From a candidate division WOR-3 bacterium (GTDB lineage: Bacteria > Hydrothermota > 32-111), in assembly GCA_039804105.1 (NCBI GenBank), contig JBDRZU010000001.1:736001-800000 (forward strand): a stretch of DNA of 64,000 nucleotides, in the 5' to 3' direction. Shown piece by piece: positions 17,956 through 26,965 of the stretch. Both the position numbers and the translations under genes were made by a program. Under the pieces are notes generated by a model. It was given only the letters and a program-made list of their open reading frames with translations. It did no database searches and was not told the origin of the DNA. How positions within the stretch are numbered: position 1 is the first letter of the stretch; the number at the start of each line of letters is the position of its first letter.

Positions 17956-18791
17956 AATAGCCTGCTTTTTATAACGAATATAAAATAATAATAAAACAAA
18001 GGTAAAGCGAAAAGCACTGAATCAAATCTATCGAGCACCCCACCATGTCCTGGTAAAAATGATGACACATCCTTTAGTTTTGCATCCCTTTTCATTGCTG
18101 ATTCAACAAGATCTCCAGCAAGACCTCCAACGGATGATATCAGAGAAAAAACGGTTACATCAACCATATTGAGTTCTTTGAAAAAAAATGATGAAAATAA
18201 AAAACCTGATATCAAAGAAAAAATAAAACCACCCAAAAGACCTTCATAAGATTTTGATGGACTGATCTTCGGTATTATTTTATGCTTTCCAAATTTGCTT
18301 CCCACAAAGAAAGCACCTGTATCAGCCATCCAGATCATTAGAAAAGATATGTATATCAGTTTAGGAGAATTTAAAATATTATAACTTTCGCTTCCAAGAA
18401 GGATCATATGCCCACCAAGCCAGCCAGTGTATAGCACTCCAAATGTTGTTACTGCCATATAAACTATAGATTTTGCAGGATCGTTCCGTTTCAGTTCAAA
18501 TATTGAAATGAACATTAAAAGAACAGTTATCAAAAAATATGTAAAGAGTGCTGATGAATAGTTCATTATAAAACCAAGAAGAACTGACGCGAATATCCCA
18601 GTTCTCAAATAAGGGTTTAGACCTTTCTCTCTTAAAATATAGAAAAATTCATAAGCCATAATACTTATTATTCCAAGCATTAAAAAAAGATAAGGATATG
18701 ATCCATAATTGAAAATCACAAGAAAAAATGGAATGAAAAGAAAAGAGGTTAATAACCTATAAGAAAGGTTTTCCTGGTTAAACTTTGCCAA
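17952..18791 (-). CDS. cdsA: Phosphatidate cytidylyltransferase
   Basis: ISPSKSYEG, GDLVESAMKR, PGHGGVLDRFDS; start reset to TTG at 18791. Confidence 0.92.
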   Translation of the reverse strand: MAKFNQENLSYRLLTSFLFIPFFLVIFNYGSYPYLFLMLGIISIMAYEFFYILREKGLNPYLRTGIFASVLLGFIMNYSSALFTYFLITVLLMFISIFELKRNDPAKSIVYMAVTTFGVLYTGWLGGHMILLGSESYNILNSPKLIYISFLMIWMADTGAFFVGSKFGKHKIIPKISPSKSYEGLLGGFIFSLISGFLFSSFFFKELNMVDVTVFSLISSVGGLAGDLVESAMKRDAKLKDVSSFLPGHGGVLDRFDSVLFALPLFYYYFIFVIKSRLL

Positions 18792-19497
18792 ACCTTCTCT
18801 CCCTTTTAGAATAATCCAACAACGCCTTGTCAAACTCTTTCTCATCAAAATCTGGCCATAGAACATTGGTAAAATAAAATTCTGAATATGCTGTTTGCCA
18901 TAGAAGAAAATTTGAAATTCTATACTCACCACTTGTTCTTATGACAAGATCTGGATCTGGAACATCCGGGAGATACAAATGTTTTGAAAATTCTTCGTTA
19001 TCCAAACTTTCAAGTTGGTTCAATTTAAGTTTTCTACATATCTCTTTACATGCATCAACGATTTCCTGTCTTCCACCATAATCGAAGGCAAGAATTAGAG
19101 TTAAACCTGTATTATTTTTCGTAACCTCCTGGGCATTTTCCATTCTATCGAGTAACTCTTTTGATAACCTGTTTCTCCTTCCAATAAACAACATTCTAAC
19201 ATTGTTTTTATAAAGTTCAGGAATTTCCTGTTCAAGAAGTTTCGAAAAAAGTTTCATCAATCCTTCAACTTCACTTTTCGGTCGATTCCAATTTTCAGTT
19301 GAAAATGAAAACAGAGTCAAATATTTTACTCCAACTTTCGCTGAATGTTTAACAATCCTTCTGACAGATTCAACTCCCTTTTTATGCCCATACAATCTAT
19401 TCTTTCCTCTCATTTTCGCCCATCTACCATTACCATCCATAATGATGGCAACATGTTGGGGAATAGATTTTTCTTTTTCAACTTCCAAGGATTTCAT
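18778..19497 (-). CDS. uppS: Undecaprenyl diphosphate synthase
   Basis: HVAIIMDGNGRWA, FSTENWNRP, RTSGEYRISNFLLWQ. Confidence 0.95.
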   Translation of the reverse strand: MKSLEVEKEKSIPQHVAIIMDGNGRWAKMRGKNRLYGHKKGVESVRRIVKHSAKVGVKYLTLFSFSTENWNRPKSEVEGLMKLFSKLLEQEIPELYKNNVRMLFIGRRNRLSKELLDRMENAQEVTKNNTGLTLILAFDYGGRQEIVDACKEICRKLKLNQLESLDNEEFSKHLYLPDVPDPDLVIRTSGEYRISNFLLWQTAYSEFYFTNVLWPDFDEKEFDKALLDYSKRERRFGKV

Positions 19498-20035
19498 TTT
19501 CCTTCTTTGTGACTATCTCATCGATTTCACCAATATATTTTTCTGTCAATTTCTGAATTTCCTTCTCCAATCTTTCTTCATCATCTTCTGAAATAGTTCC
19601 ATCCTTTTTCATATTTTTGAGTTTTTCAATGTTGTCTCTCCTTATCTGTCTGATAACAATTCTCGATTCCTCAGCAAGTTTTTTAATGGTTTTGACTATT
19701 TCCTTTCTTCTTTCTTCTGTAAGAGGTGGAACGGAAATTCTTATCACATTACCATCATTTGTTGGGGTAAGACCGATATTCGCCTTTAGGATCTCTTTTT
19801 CGATAACAGAAAGTATACTTTTATCCCAAGGCTGAACAACTATCAATTTTGGATCAGGAGTTGATATTGTTGAAACCTGATTTAAAGGTGATTTCACACC
19901 ATAGTAATCTATATGTATACCATCGAGTAATGCGGGAGTGGCTTTCCCTGTTCTAATCTTTGAAAGTTCACTTTTAAAATTATCAACACTTTTTTTCATA
20001 GAAACTTCAGAATCATGTAAAAGTTTTTCAGGCAT
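19478..20035 (-). CDS. frr: Ribosome recycling factor
   Basis: IRTGKA, PPLTEERRKE; start MPEK. Confidence 0.95.
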   Translation of the reverse strand: MPEKLLHDSEVSMKKSVDNFKSELSKIRTGKATPALLDGIHIDYYGVKSPLNQVSTISTPDPKLIVVQPWDKSILSVIEKEILKANIGLTPTNDGNVIRISVPPLTEERRKEIVKTIKKLAEESRIVIRQIRRDNIEKLKNMKKDGTISEDDEERLEKEIQKLTEKYIGEIDEIVTKKENEILGS

Positions 20036-20045
20036 ATTTCCCCCT

Positions 20046-20762
20046 TTAACTAACAAGTGTTCCTATTTCTTCACCTTTTACAATCTTTATAAGGTTACCA
20101 TACTTTAAAATGTTAAAAACTATAATCGGAAGTTTGTTCTCTTTACTCAGTGATATTGCAGTCATATCCATAACATTGAGTTCTTTGATAAGAACAGAAG
20201 AATAGTTAATGTTTTTAAACATCTTTGCATTTTTATTTTTAACAGGATCAATATCAAAAACTCCATCGACTTTTGTCCCTTTTAAAAGCACTTCACAACC
20301 AATTTCAGATGCTCTCAAAACAGCTGCTGTATCCGTTGTGAAAAAGGGATTTCCCGTTCCACCTGTAAAGATAACTATTCTTTTTTTATCAAGATGTGAT
20401 AAAGCTTTTCTTCTGATATAAGGTTCAGCAATCTGTTTTATCTCAATCGCTGTCATCATCCTCGTACTTACACCATTTTTTTCTATCATCGCCTGTAAAA
20501 CCATTCCATTTATAACTGTTGAAAGCATTCCTGTGTAATCCGCTGTAACCTTATCAAGATGGAGTTGGTTTACAAGTTTTGATCCTCTTATGATGTTTCC
20601 TCCACCTATAACGATTCCTACATCAACTCCCATCTTATAAACTTCAACAATCTCATCTACAAGTGTTGAAAGAGATTTTTCAGAAAAAACATAATCTTTG
20701 TCTCCAAGGATCTCACCTGAGAGTTTCAACAGGATCCTTTTATATTTCGGTTTGGTTTTCAT
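20046..20762 (-). CDS. pyrH: UMP kinase
   Basis: RILLKLSGE, GGGNI, GNPFFTTDTAA. Confidence 0.96.
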   Translation of the reverse strand: MKTKPKYKRILLKLSGEILGDKDYVFSEKSLSTLVDEIVEVYKMGVDVGIVIGGGNIIRGSKLVNQLHLDKVTADYTGMLSTVINGMVLQAMIEKNGVSTRMMTAIEIKQIAEPYIRRKALSHLDKKRIVIFTGGTGNPFFTTDTAAVLRASEIGCEVLLKGTKVDGVFDIDPVKNKNAKMFKNINYSSVLIKELNVMDMTAISLSKENKLPIIVFNILKYGNLIKIVKGEEIGTLVS

Positions 20763-21359
20763 CTATTCTCCGATTTTAAAAATCGAGAATCTACTAACTA
20801 TTATATTTTCACCAAATTTTGCTATATTCTCTTTTATATAATCCTCAACAGTTTTCTTATCCTCTGAACCAAAAAACTGTTGTCTATAAAGACAGTTCTC
20901 TTCAAAGAATTTCTGGAGTTTGTTTTCAATGATTTTATCGATAACATTTTGAGGTTTTTTCTGATCCTTTAACTGTTCTTTATAAATCTCTTTCTCTTTT
21001 TCGATGACTTCCTGTGGGACATCGGTCTCTTTTATGTACTGTGGTTCCATCGCACCGATATGAATCGCTATCTGGTGAGCCATATCCATAAATTCCTGTG
21101 TCTTTGCAACAAAATCGGTTTCACAGTTAACCTCAACTAAAACTCCAAGTTTTTTATTGTAATGTATGTAAGCGTCAATAACTCCTTCTGTTGCTGTTCT
21201 TGAAGATTTTTTTGCAGCTTTAAGAATACCTTCTTTTCTTAAGTATTCAATAGCTTTTTCAATATCTCCATCATTCTTTATCAATGCATTTTTACAGTCC
21301 ATTATTCCGAGGCCTGTTCTTTCTTTTAACTCTTTTATCATATCCATTGTGATATTCAT
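20763..21359 (-). CDS. tsf: Elongation factor Ts (short form)
   Basis: [23 protein letters not shown]; 198 aa. Confidence 0.95.
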   Translation of the reverse strand: MNITMDMIKELKERTGLGIMDCKNALIKNDGDIEKAIEYLRKEGILKAAKKSSRTATEGVIDAYIHYNKKLGVLVEVNCETDFVAKTQEFMDMAHQIAIHIGAMEPQYIKETDVPQEVIEKEKEIYKEQLKDQKKPQNVIDKIIENKLQKFFEENCLYRQQFFGSEDKKTVEDYIKENIAKFGENIIVSRFSIFKIGE

Positions 21360-21375
21360 AAAATCTCCTTGAAAA

Positions 21376-22191
21376 TTATTCTATTCTTCTTCTTCTTTTT
21401 ATTCTTTCAACCTTTTCACCTTCATCATCTATGTCTTCAACAAAATTTTCCTTCTTTCTTGTTTCACTCTGCATCGACTCTTCTCTTTTTTGATTTTCAA
21501 GAAAATCTTTTCTCTCCATAAGACCTTTGTTAACAGCGTCAGAAATAACTTTGGTCACTATTTCGATAGATTTTATAGCGTCATCGTTTCCAGGGATTGG
21601 AATCGTTACTATATCTGGATCAGAATTTGTGTCAACGAGTGCAATCACAGGTATGCCCATCAAGTTCGCTTCGTTTATAGCTATCTTGTGTTTTTTTGTA
21701 TCAACAACGAACATCACATCAGGCAACCTTGTCATCTCTTTAATACCAGAAAAGACCTTTGAAAGTTTTTCTATCTCCCTTTCCTTCATACTCTTTTCTT
21801 TTTTTGTGAGTTTATCATAATCTCCATTTTTTAATTTTGCTTCACTCTCTTTCAACTTATCTATTGTTCTTTTAACTGTTGAAAAGTTTGTTAAAAGACC
21901 ACCTAACCATCTTTCGTTGATATAGAATGAATTACAACTTTTTGCTTCCTGTTCGATTATGTCTTTTGCCTGTTTCTTTGTTCCCACAAAAAGTATCTGT
22001 CCACCATTTGCAATGATTTCTCTGACAAACTCGTTCGCTTTTTTTAACTGTTCAAGTGTTTTTAGAAGATCTATGATATAGATCCCATTTCTTGATGAAA
22101 AAATAAATGGTTTCATTTTCGGGTTCCATCTTTCGGTTTTATGTCCGAAATGAACTCCGCACTTCAAAAGTTCTTCAATTGTGATCTGCAT
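21376..22191 (-). CDS. rpsB: 30S ribosomal protein S2
   Basis: [26 protein letters not shown]; start MQITIEE after GGAGG. Confidence 0.97.
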   Translation of the reverse strand: MQITIEELLKCGVHFGHKTERWNPKMKPFIFSSRNGIYIIDLLKTLEQLKKANEFVREIIANGGQILFVGTKKQAKDIIEQEAKSCNSFYINERWLGGLLTNFSTVKRTIDKLKESEAKLKNGDYDKLTKKEKSMKEREIEKLSKVFSGIKEMTRLPDVMFVVDTKKHKIAINEANLMGIPVIALVDTNSDPDIVTIPIPGNDDAIKSIEIVTKVISDAVNKGLMERKDFLENQKREESMQSETRKKENFVEDIDDEGEKVERIKRRRRIE

Positions 22192-22274
22192 AGAAAATCC
22201 TCCTTCGGTTAAATCTTCCACTGCTCCTATGGGAACAGATAAACTGCACCGCCCATAGGATTTGACCAGTGTGC
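22192..22274 (-). promoter_or_regulatory. rpsB (S2) leader RNA, putative autogenous control element
   Basis: CACAC...TCCTATGGG-CGGTGC...CCCATAGGA-GCAGTGGAAG...TAACC layout with 9-bp stem, resembling the enterobacterial rpsB leader. Confidence 0.65.
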
Positions 22275-22286
22275 TTTTTTGTTAAA

Positions 22287-22676
22287 TTATCTCTTAGAGA
22301 ATTGATATCTCTTTCTTGCTTTAGCAAGTCCGTATTTTCTTCTCTCTTTTTCTCTTGGATCTCTTGTTAAAAGTCCATTGTCTTTGAGAACAACTTTAAA
22401 ATCTGGATACCTTCTTGCTATAGATCTTGCGATTCCCAGTTTTATGGCATCCTTTTGACCTGTGATCCCACCACCAGAAACTTTTGCATAAACAGAAACC
22501 TTTCTTTCAAGGTTACACAAACGTAAAACATTTAAAAGTTCTTCTCTGTGATCAAACCTTTTAACATAATCCTCAAGTTTCTTTCCATTTATCAAAAATT
22601 TTCCTTTGCCTTCAACTAATCTGACTCTTGCAACCGCCTCTTTTCTTCTTCCTACAAAAACATTATTTTCAGCCAA
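22287..22676 (-). CDS. rpsI: 30S ribosomal protein S9
   Basis: GRRKEAVARV, GGGITGQ, KARKRYQFSKR. Confidence 0.97.
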   Translation of the reverse strand: MAENNVFVGRRKEAVARVRLVEGKGKFLINGKKLEDYVKRFDHREELLNVLRLCNLERKVSVYAKVSGGGITGQKDAIKLGIARSIARRYPDFKVVLKDNGLLTRDPREKERRKYGLAKARKRYQFSKR

Positions 22677-22685
22677 AGTTCCTCC

Positions 22686-23114
22686 TTATAATTTTATTTC
22701 AATTGGATTCTGTGCTTTATGTTTATGGTTTGAATCGTTGTAAACTTTTAATCTCGTTAACATCTTTCTGCCAAGTTTATTTTTGGGAAGCATCCTTTTC
22801 ACAGCAAGAGTGATGACTTTTGATGGATTCTTCTCAAGCATTTCTTTAAGAGAACTCTCTTTAAGATTTCCGATATATCCTGAATGTGAATAATAAATTT
22901 TATTAGAAAGTTTGTTCCCTGTAACCTTTATATCCTTTGCATTTATAACTATCACACCGTCACCATTATCTACATCTGGCTGATAGGTAACTTTGTTTTT
23001 CCCCATTAGAATAGTTGAAATCTTTGTTGATAGTCGACCAAGGGTTTTACCTTTAGCATCAACTATGTACCAGTTATGTTTGATTTCATTCTCTTTTACT
23101 CTCGTCGTTTTCAT
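22686..23114 (-). CDS. rplM: 50S ribosomal protein L13
   Basis: WYIVDA, LGRL, HSGYIG, MLPKNKLGR. Confidence 0.97.
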   Translation of the reverse strand: MKTTRVKENEIKHNWYIVDAKGKTLGRLSTKISTILMGKNKVTYQPDVDNGDGVIVINAKDIKVTGNKLSNKIYYSHSGYIGNLKESSLKEMLEKNPSKVITLAVKRMLPKNKLGRKMLTRLKVYNDSNHKHKAQNPIEIKL

Positions 23115-23123
23115 TTAAACTCC

Positions 23124-24200
23124 TTACTTCCCCTGTTTTTTTAAATCTTCATATTTCTTATATGCTTCCTGTGATTTATCGTTCATCTTCATTCTTGAAT
23201 AGCAATCAGCTTTTATTAAATAAAGATCACTTATTTCTGTTCCAGTTTTTGTAATATAATCATCGATAGTTTTAACAGCATCAGCATAATCTTTGTTCTT
23301 ATAATAAGCAAACCCCAAATTCAACATTGATTCAAAATCATCATCTTTAACTTTCAAAGCATTAACAAAGTTGACAATCGCTTCCTTGTAGTTCTTTTTC
23401 TCTTCAAGATAGATTTTCCCAAGTTTGAAGGAAACATCGTTTCTGTAAGTCGAGAGTTTGGATTTCATAGTCGAATCTGATGATTCATAAATTTTGTTGA
23501 AACTGTTGAAATTCTTTATTGCCTCATCAAAGTTTTTACTTGAATATGCTATCTCTCCAAGCCAGTAAATAATCTGTGGGTTTTCAGAATCGATCGCTTT
23601 TGCTTTATCAAGGTATTTCTTTGCTTCATCAAACTTTTCTATTCCAATATAATATTTTGCAACATTGAAAAATAAGGAAAGATTTTTAGGGTTCTTGGAA
23701 ATAGATTTTTCTATAGTTTTTGTCATGTTCGATTCATCACCAGTTTCAGCATAAAGTAGCACAAGATAGTCGTAGTTAATGGATGTATCTTTAACATCCT
23801 CTGCTTTTAAAAGATATTTTTCATATTTTGACTTATTCTCTTTGCTATCCTTATTTCTCAAAAAACCTGTTCCAGCATTAAAAAGTACTGGCCAATAAAA
23901 TTCAACATTCTCCTTCATCTCTTTTAAAACTTGACCTGTCGTATCCTTTTCAAGTGCGATGATAAAATATTCTGATGCTTTATCAAAATCACTTTTAGAA
24001 CCATATGCTTTTCCCATCCATAAATACGCTTGTGGGTTGTTCGGTTCAAGTTTTATCGCTTCATTGAACTGAATTATCGCTTTATCAAAATCGTTCTGTT
24101 GCATATATATTATACCTGATGACATATATTGATTGTTACATCCAGCCATAAGTATAATTACCATTGCAACGATTAACACCAAATTAAAAAACCTATACAT
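23124..24200 (-). CDS. TPR-repeat lipoprotein
   Basis: Lipobox ILMAGC; multiple TPR motifs. Confidence 0.8.
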   Translation of the reverse strand: MYRFFNLVLIVAMVIILMAGCNNQYMSSGIIYMQQNDFDKAIIQFNEAIKLEPNNPQAYLWMGKAYGSKSDFDKASEYFIIALEKDTTGQVLKEMKENVEFYWPVLFNAGTGFLRNKDSKENKSKYEKYLLKAEDVKDTSINYDYLVLLYAETGDESNMTKTIEKSISKNPKNLSLFFNVAKYYIGIEKFDEAKKYLDKAKAIDSENPQIIYWLGEIAYSSKNFDEAIKNFNSFNKIYESSDSTMKSKLSTYRNDVSFKLGKIYLEEKKNYKEAIVNFVNALKVKDDDFESMLNLGFAYYKNKDYADAVKTIDDYITKTGTEISDLYLIKADCYSRMKMNDKSQEAYKKYEDLKKQGK

Positions 24201-24239
24201 TTAAAACCTCCTGAAAAAAGAGCAGAATTTTAGTTTTTG

Positions 24240-24267
24240 ATTTTATCAAAAAAAAGTTTTTTGTCAA
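24240..24267 (-). promoter_or_regulatory. Sigma70-type promoter of the TPR-rplM-rpsI unit
   Basis: TTGACA-16 bp-TAAAAT with extended TG. Confidence 0.65.
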
Positions 24268-24323
24268 TAGTAAGAAGAAAGAGGCATTTTAAGGTTTTTG
24301 TATTTTTTGTAATAAGGAAGAAA

Positions 24324-24791
24324 TTATTTAAATAAATTATCTATAATGTTATCGACCTGATTCTTGAAATCTTTGTCAAATGTTATCCTTTCCTCCTCTT
24401 CCTTCATAAGTTTAATTATATTTTCACTTAATTTCTTCATCATCGTTTGAACAACCCCTATGATCGTATCTTTTGAAAAAAGTGAAACTATAATTATCTC
24501 ATCGTTCACAGCAAGATAAAAAAATGAAAACTTTTTACCTTCCTGAAAGAGTGTAAAAAAATAATCTTCTTTAACAAGTTTTGCAATACTTTTTGTTGCA
24601 TTAAAAATTCCAGCACATAAAGCTCCAAGTGATTGAGTATAATAGTTATCCTTTTTCATACCCATCTGAAAAAGTACCTGACCTGCACTATTTATGATAA
24701 GGACATTCAGGACTTTTGTATCCTGAATGAATGTCTTTAAAAACCGCTCAATATCTTTGACGGTAGGTTCATCAAGAACAAGTTTTTTCAT
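24324..24791 (-). CDS. mglB: Roadblock/LC7 protein, MglB-like
   Basis: LIINSAGQV, SLGALCAG, IAKLVKEDYFFTLFQEGKK, IGVV, C-terminal IDNLF like Myxococcus MglB. Confidence 0.75.
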   Translation of the reverse strand: MKKLVLDEPTVKDIERFLKTFIQDTKVLNVLIINSAGQVLFQMGMKKDNYYTQSLGALCAGIFNATKSIAKLVKEDYFFTLFQEGKKFSFFYLAVNDEIIIVSLFSKDTIIGVVQTMMKKLSENIIKLMKEEEERITFDKDFKNQVDNIIDNLFK

Positions 24792-24797
24792 AAAATT

Positions 24798-25142
24798 TTA
24801 TATATTCCCCTGAAGTTGCGCTGCAATATTTTTTATCTGTATTATCAAAGCCCCAATATTAACATTTTTTTCAGCGAGAGCAAATAATATAAATTTTTCT
24901 TTTGAAATAAAAAGTACTTCACCTTTTTCAGTGTATATCGTTGAAAATATTGGAAGTGAGTCGGTACTCTTTCCCAAACTTTTTTCCATCTCACTGTTTA
25001 TCTTTGCAACCATCGCTCCAAGTAGTTCTGCCATTTCAATTTCATAGAAAATCTTATCTACGATAAGTCCATCTTTCGTAAGAACAGCAACTCCTTTAAC
25101 CCCTGTTATCTCCATTATTTTTTCAATCTTTTCTTTTATCAT
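24798..25142 (-). CDS. Roadblock/LC7 domain protein
   Basis: ITGVKGVAVLTKDGLIV...NIGAL. Confidence 0.85.
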   Translation of the reverse strand: MIKEKIEKIMEITGVKGVAVLTKDGLIVDKIFYEIEMAELLGAMVAKINSEMEKSLGKSTDSLPIFSTIYTEKGEVLFISKEKFILFALAEKNVNIGALIIQIKNIAAQLQGNI

Positions 25143-25855
25143 TGTTCAAGCACCTGTTTTATATTTTTTAACAACTGTTTTGCTTTTATCAGTATAAGAC
25201 CTATCTTCACAACCTCTTCGGTGAAGATTCCCAATATATAACCGTTACCTTTAAAAAGATATATTCTGACTTTTCCGATTTCAATAAAGATCCTATCTAC
25301 AAGACCAAGATCGGTTTTACTTATTGAATCTTCTGAAACAGAAAAAATCGTTGAAAAAAGTGCAGATGTTATTTCTGGATCAAGGTTTTCAAGTATTTTT
25401 GCCCTTATCACAAGACCTGATTCTTCAATTATTATACTTCCTAAAACTCCATTTATCGAGTTTATCTCTTCGAGTGATCTGTCAAGTAAATTTTCCGCTT
25501 CGTTTGCGGTTATCACATTATCCTTTTCTATCTTTTGCAATTCCTCATTTTTTATTTCAGGATTTTTTGATATACCAACATTTTCAACATTTACAGGTTG
25601 TGCTAATGAGATTACGGCCGGATCATCTGGAAATTCATTCAAAAGTTGATTCAAAACTTCAGTTGCGGACGGATCGTTCAACTCTTTTAAAGATTTGTAA
25701 AGCAAAACTTTTGCATCTTTTATATCGGGAAATTCTGAGAGAATGAGCTTACAATAGTTTATTGTTTCATTGAACGCTTTGTTCTTATAAAGATCCTCAG
25801 CGATCATTATAATAAGGGAAATACTATCCCTATCAACTTTCATTCCTTCATTCAA
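25139..25855 (-). CDS. TPR + roadblock/LC7 domain protein
   Basis: N-terminal TPR-like helices; C-terminal INGVLGSIIIEESGLVI...KIGLI; start uncertain (TTG 25855 after GGAGG, or ATG 25843). Confidence 0.8.
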   Translation of the reverse strand: MNEGMKVDRDSISLIIMIAEDLYKNKAFNETINYCKLILSEFPDIKDAKVLLYKSLKELNDPSATEVLNQLLNEFPDDPAVISLAQPVNVENVGISKNPEIKNEELQKIEKDNVITANEAENLLDRSLEEINSINGVLGSIIIEESGLVIRAKILENLDPEITSALFSTIFSVSEDSISKTDLGLVDRIFIEIGKVRIYLFKGNGYILGIFTEEVVKIGLILIKAKQLLKNIKQVLEQ

Positions 25856-26963
25856 ATTTACCTCCCAAAAGTTCATCAAAGATTTTTTGACACTCTTTTA
25901 GAGATTCAACAAGTTTTTCGACCTTACTCATCTGATCTGGTGTTTGAAGATTATCATAAAGAGAAATTAGTTCATCTATACTCTTTTTGATATCTCCTCT
26001 TTTAAAGTATGCGAAAGAATTATACTTTTTTATAAAAGGATCATCCATTCCTTCATTTTTTGCTATCATAGAGAACTCGTTTATTTTATCAAACTGATTC
26101 GTTGCAAAGAATGAGAATATAAGCATTCTGTAAGCATCAAGATTTTTTGGATCCCTTTTAATATAATTTTTTAACTCGTTTATAGCTTTATCGAACAATC
26201 CATCATTGAAGTAATGTTTTGCAACATCAAAACTACTTTCAACATCACTTTTTTGGCCACCTTCGATCACAACTATACCAAGAGTTATCATTCCATATAT
26301 CAATTTTGCGATTTCAAACTCATCACCATATTTTTCTGCGATATCTTTAATCGTGTTTTTACCGTTTATCATCGAAAATATTTCCCACTCTTTTGGTTTA
26401 AGATCTAAAAGATCCATTTTGTCTGGATTGTCAGAGATTTTTGGAATCACCGATGAGTTTGGAATCTTTGCGGATAACCTTGACCATTCATCTATCCTTC
26501 TTGAGCCCTCCATTATCAACGATTCGGTTTTGATCCTGAATTTGAACAGGTTGTCGAGAATAAAATTACCTTCCTCAAATTTAAAATATCCTTCTCTCCA
26601 CTCAAAAAGTTTGTATATGGTATCTTCGATTCTGAGTTGTAGAAATTTTCTGAACTCATTCTCAGTCATTATGTTCATCTTGATTATCTCTTTTGCTATT
26701 TCAACATCATCATTTTGAATCTTATTCATTATCTTCTGTTCATAAAATTCTTTAGTTATCTTTCCAGCTTTTATCAAAAGTAAAGGCAAAGTTATCCCTT
26801 CCATACTAACATAAACAACATTTCCATTTTCAAAATAAACATTTGCTTTTTCTTCTTTGTTTGAATCTATTTTCAAAATTCCACTTTTCTGGTTAAAAGA
26901 TAGAATCTGAAATAGATCTATTAGATTTAGTTCACTGATGGGTCCTTCAATAGCCACATCCAC
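25848..26963 (-). CDS. DUF4388 (PATAN-like) domain + TPR protein
   Basis: IEGPISELNLIDLFQILSFNQKSGIL, LFEWREGYFKF, LIMEGSRRIDEW; C-terminal TPR. Confidence 0.85.
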   Translation of the reverse strand: MDVAIEGPISELNLIDLFQILSFNQKSGILKIDSNKEEKANVYFENGNVVYVSMEGITLPLLLIKAGKITKEFYEQKIMNKIQNDDVEIAKEIIKMNIMTENEFRKFLQLRIEDTIYKLFEWREGYFKFEEGNFILDNLFKFRIKTESLIMEGSRRIDEWSRLSAKIPNSSVIPKISDNPDKMDLLDLKPKEWEIFSMINGKNTIKDIAEKYGDEFEIAKLIYGMITLGIVVIEGGQKSDVESSFDVAKHYFNDGLFDKAINELKNYIKRDPKNLDAYRMLIFSFFATNQFDKINEFSMIAKNEGMDDPFIKKYNSFAYFKRGDIKKSIDELISLYDNLQTPDQMSKVEKLVESLKECQKIFDELLGGKFE

Positions 26964-26965
26964 TC

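Noticed and set aside
20763..21359. EF-Ts as a truncated pseudogene
   Set aside because: The short ~200-aa form is a known functional type; start, SD and stop are intact
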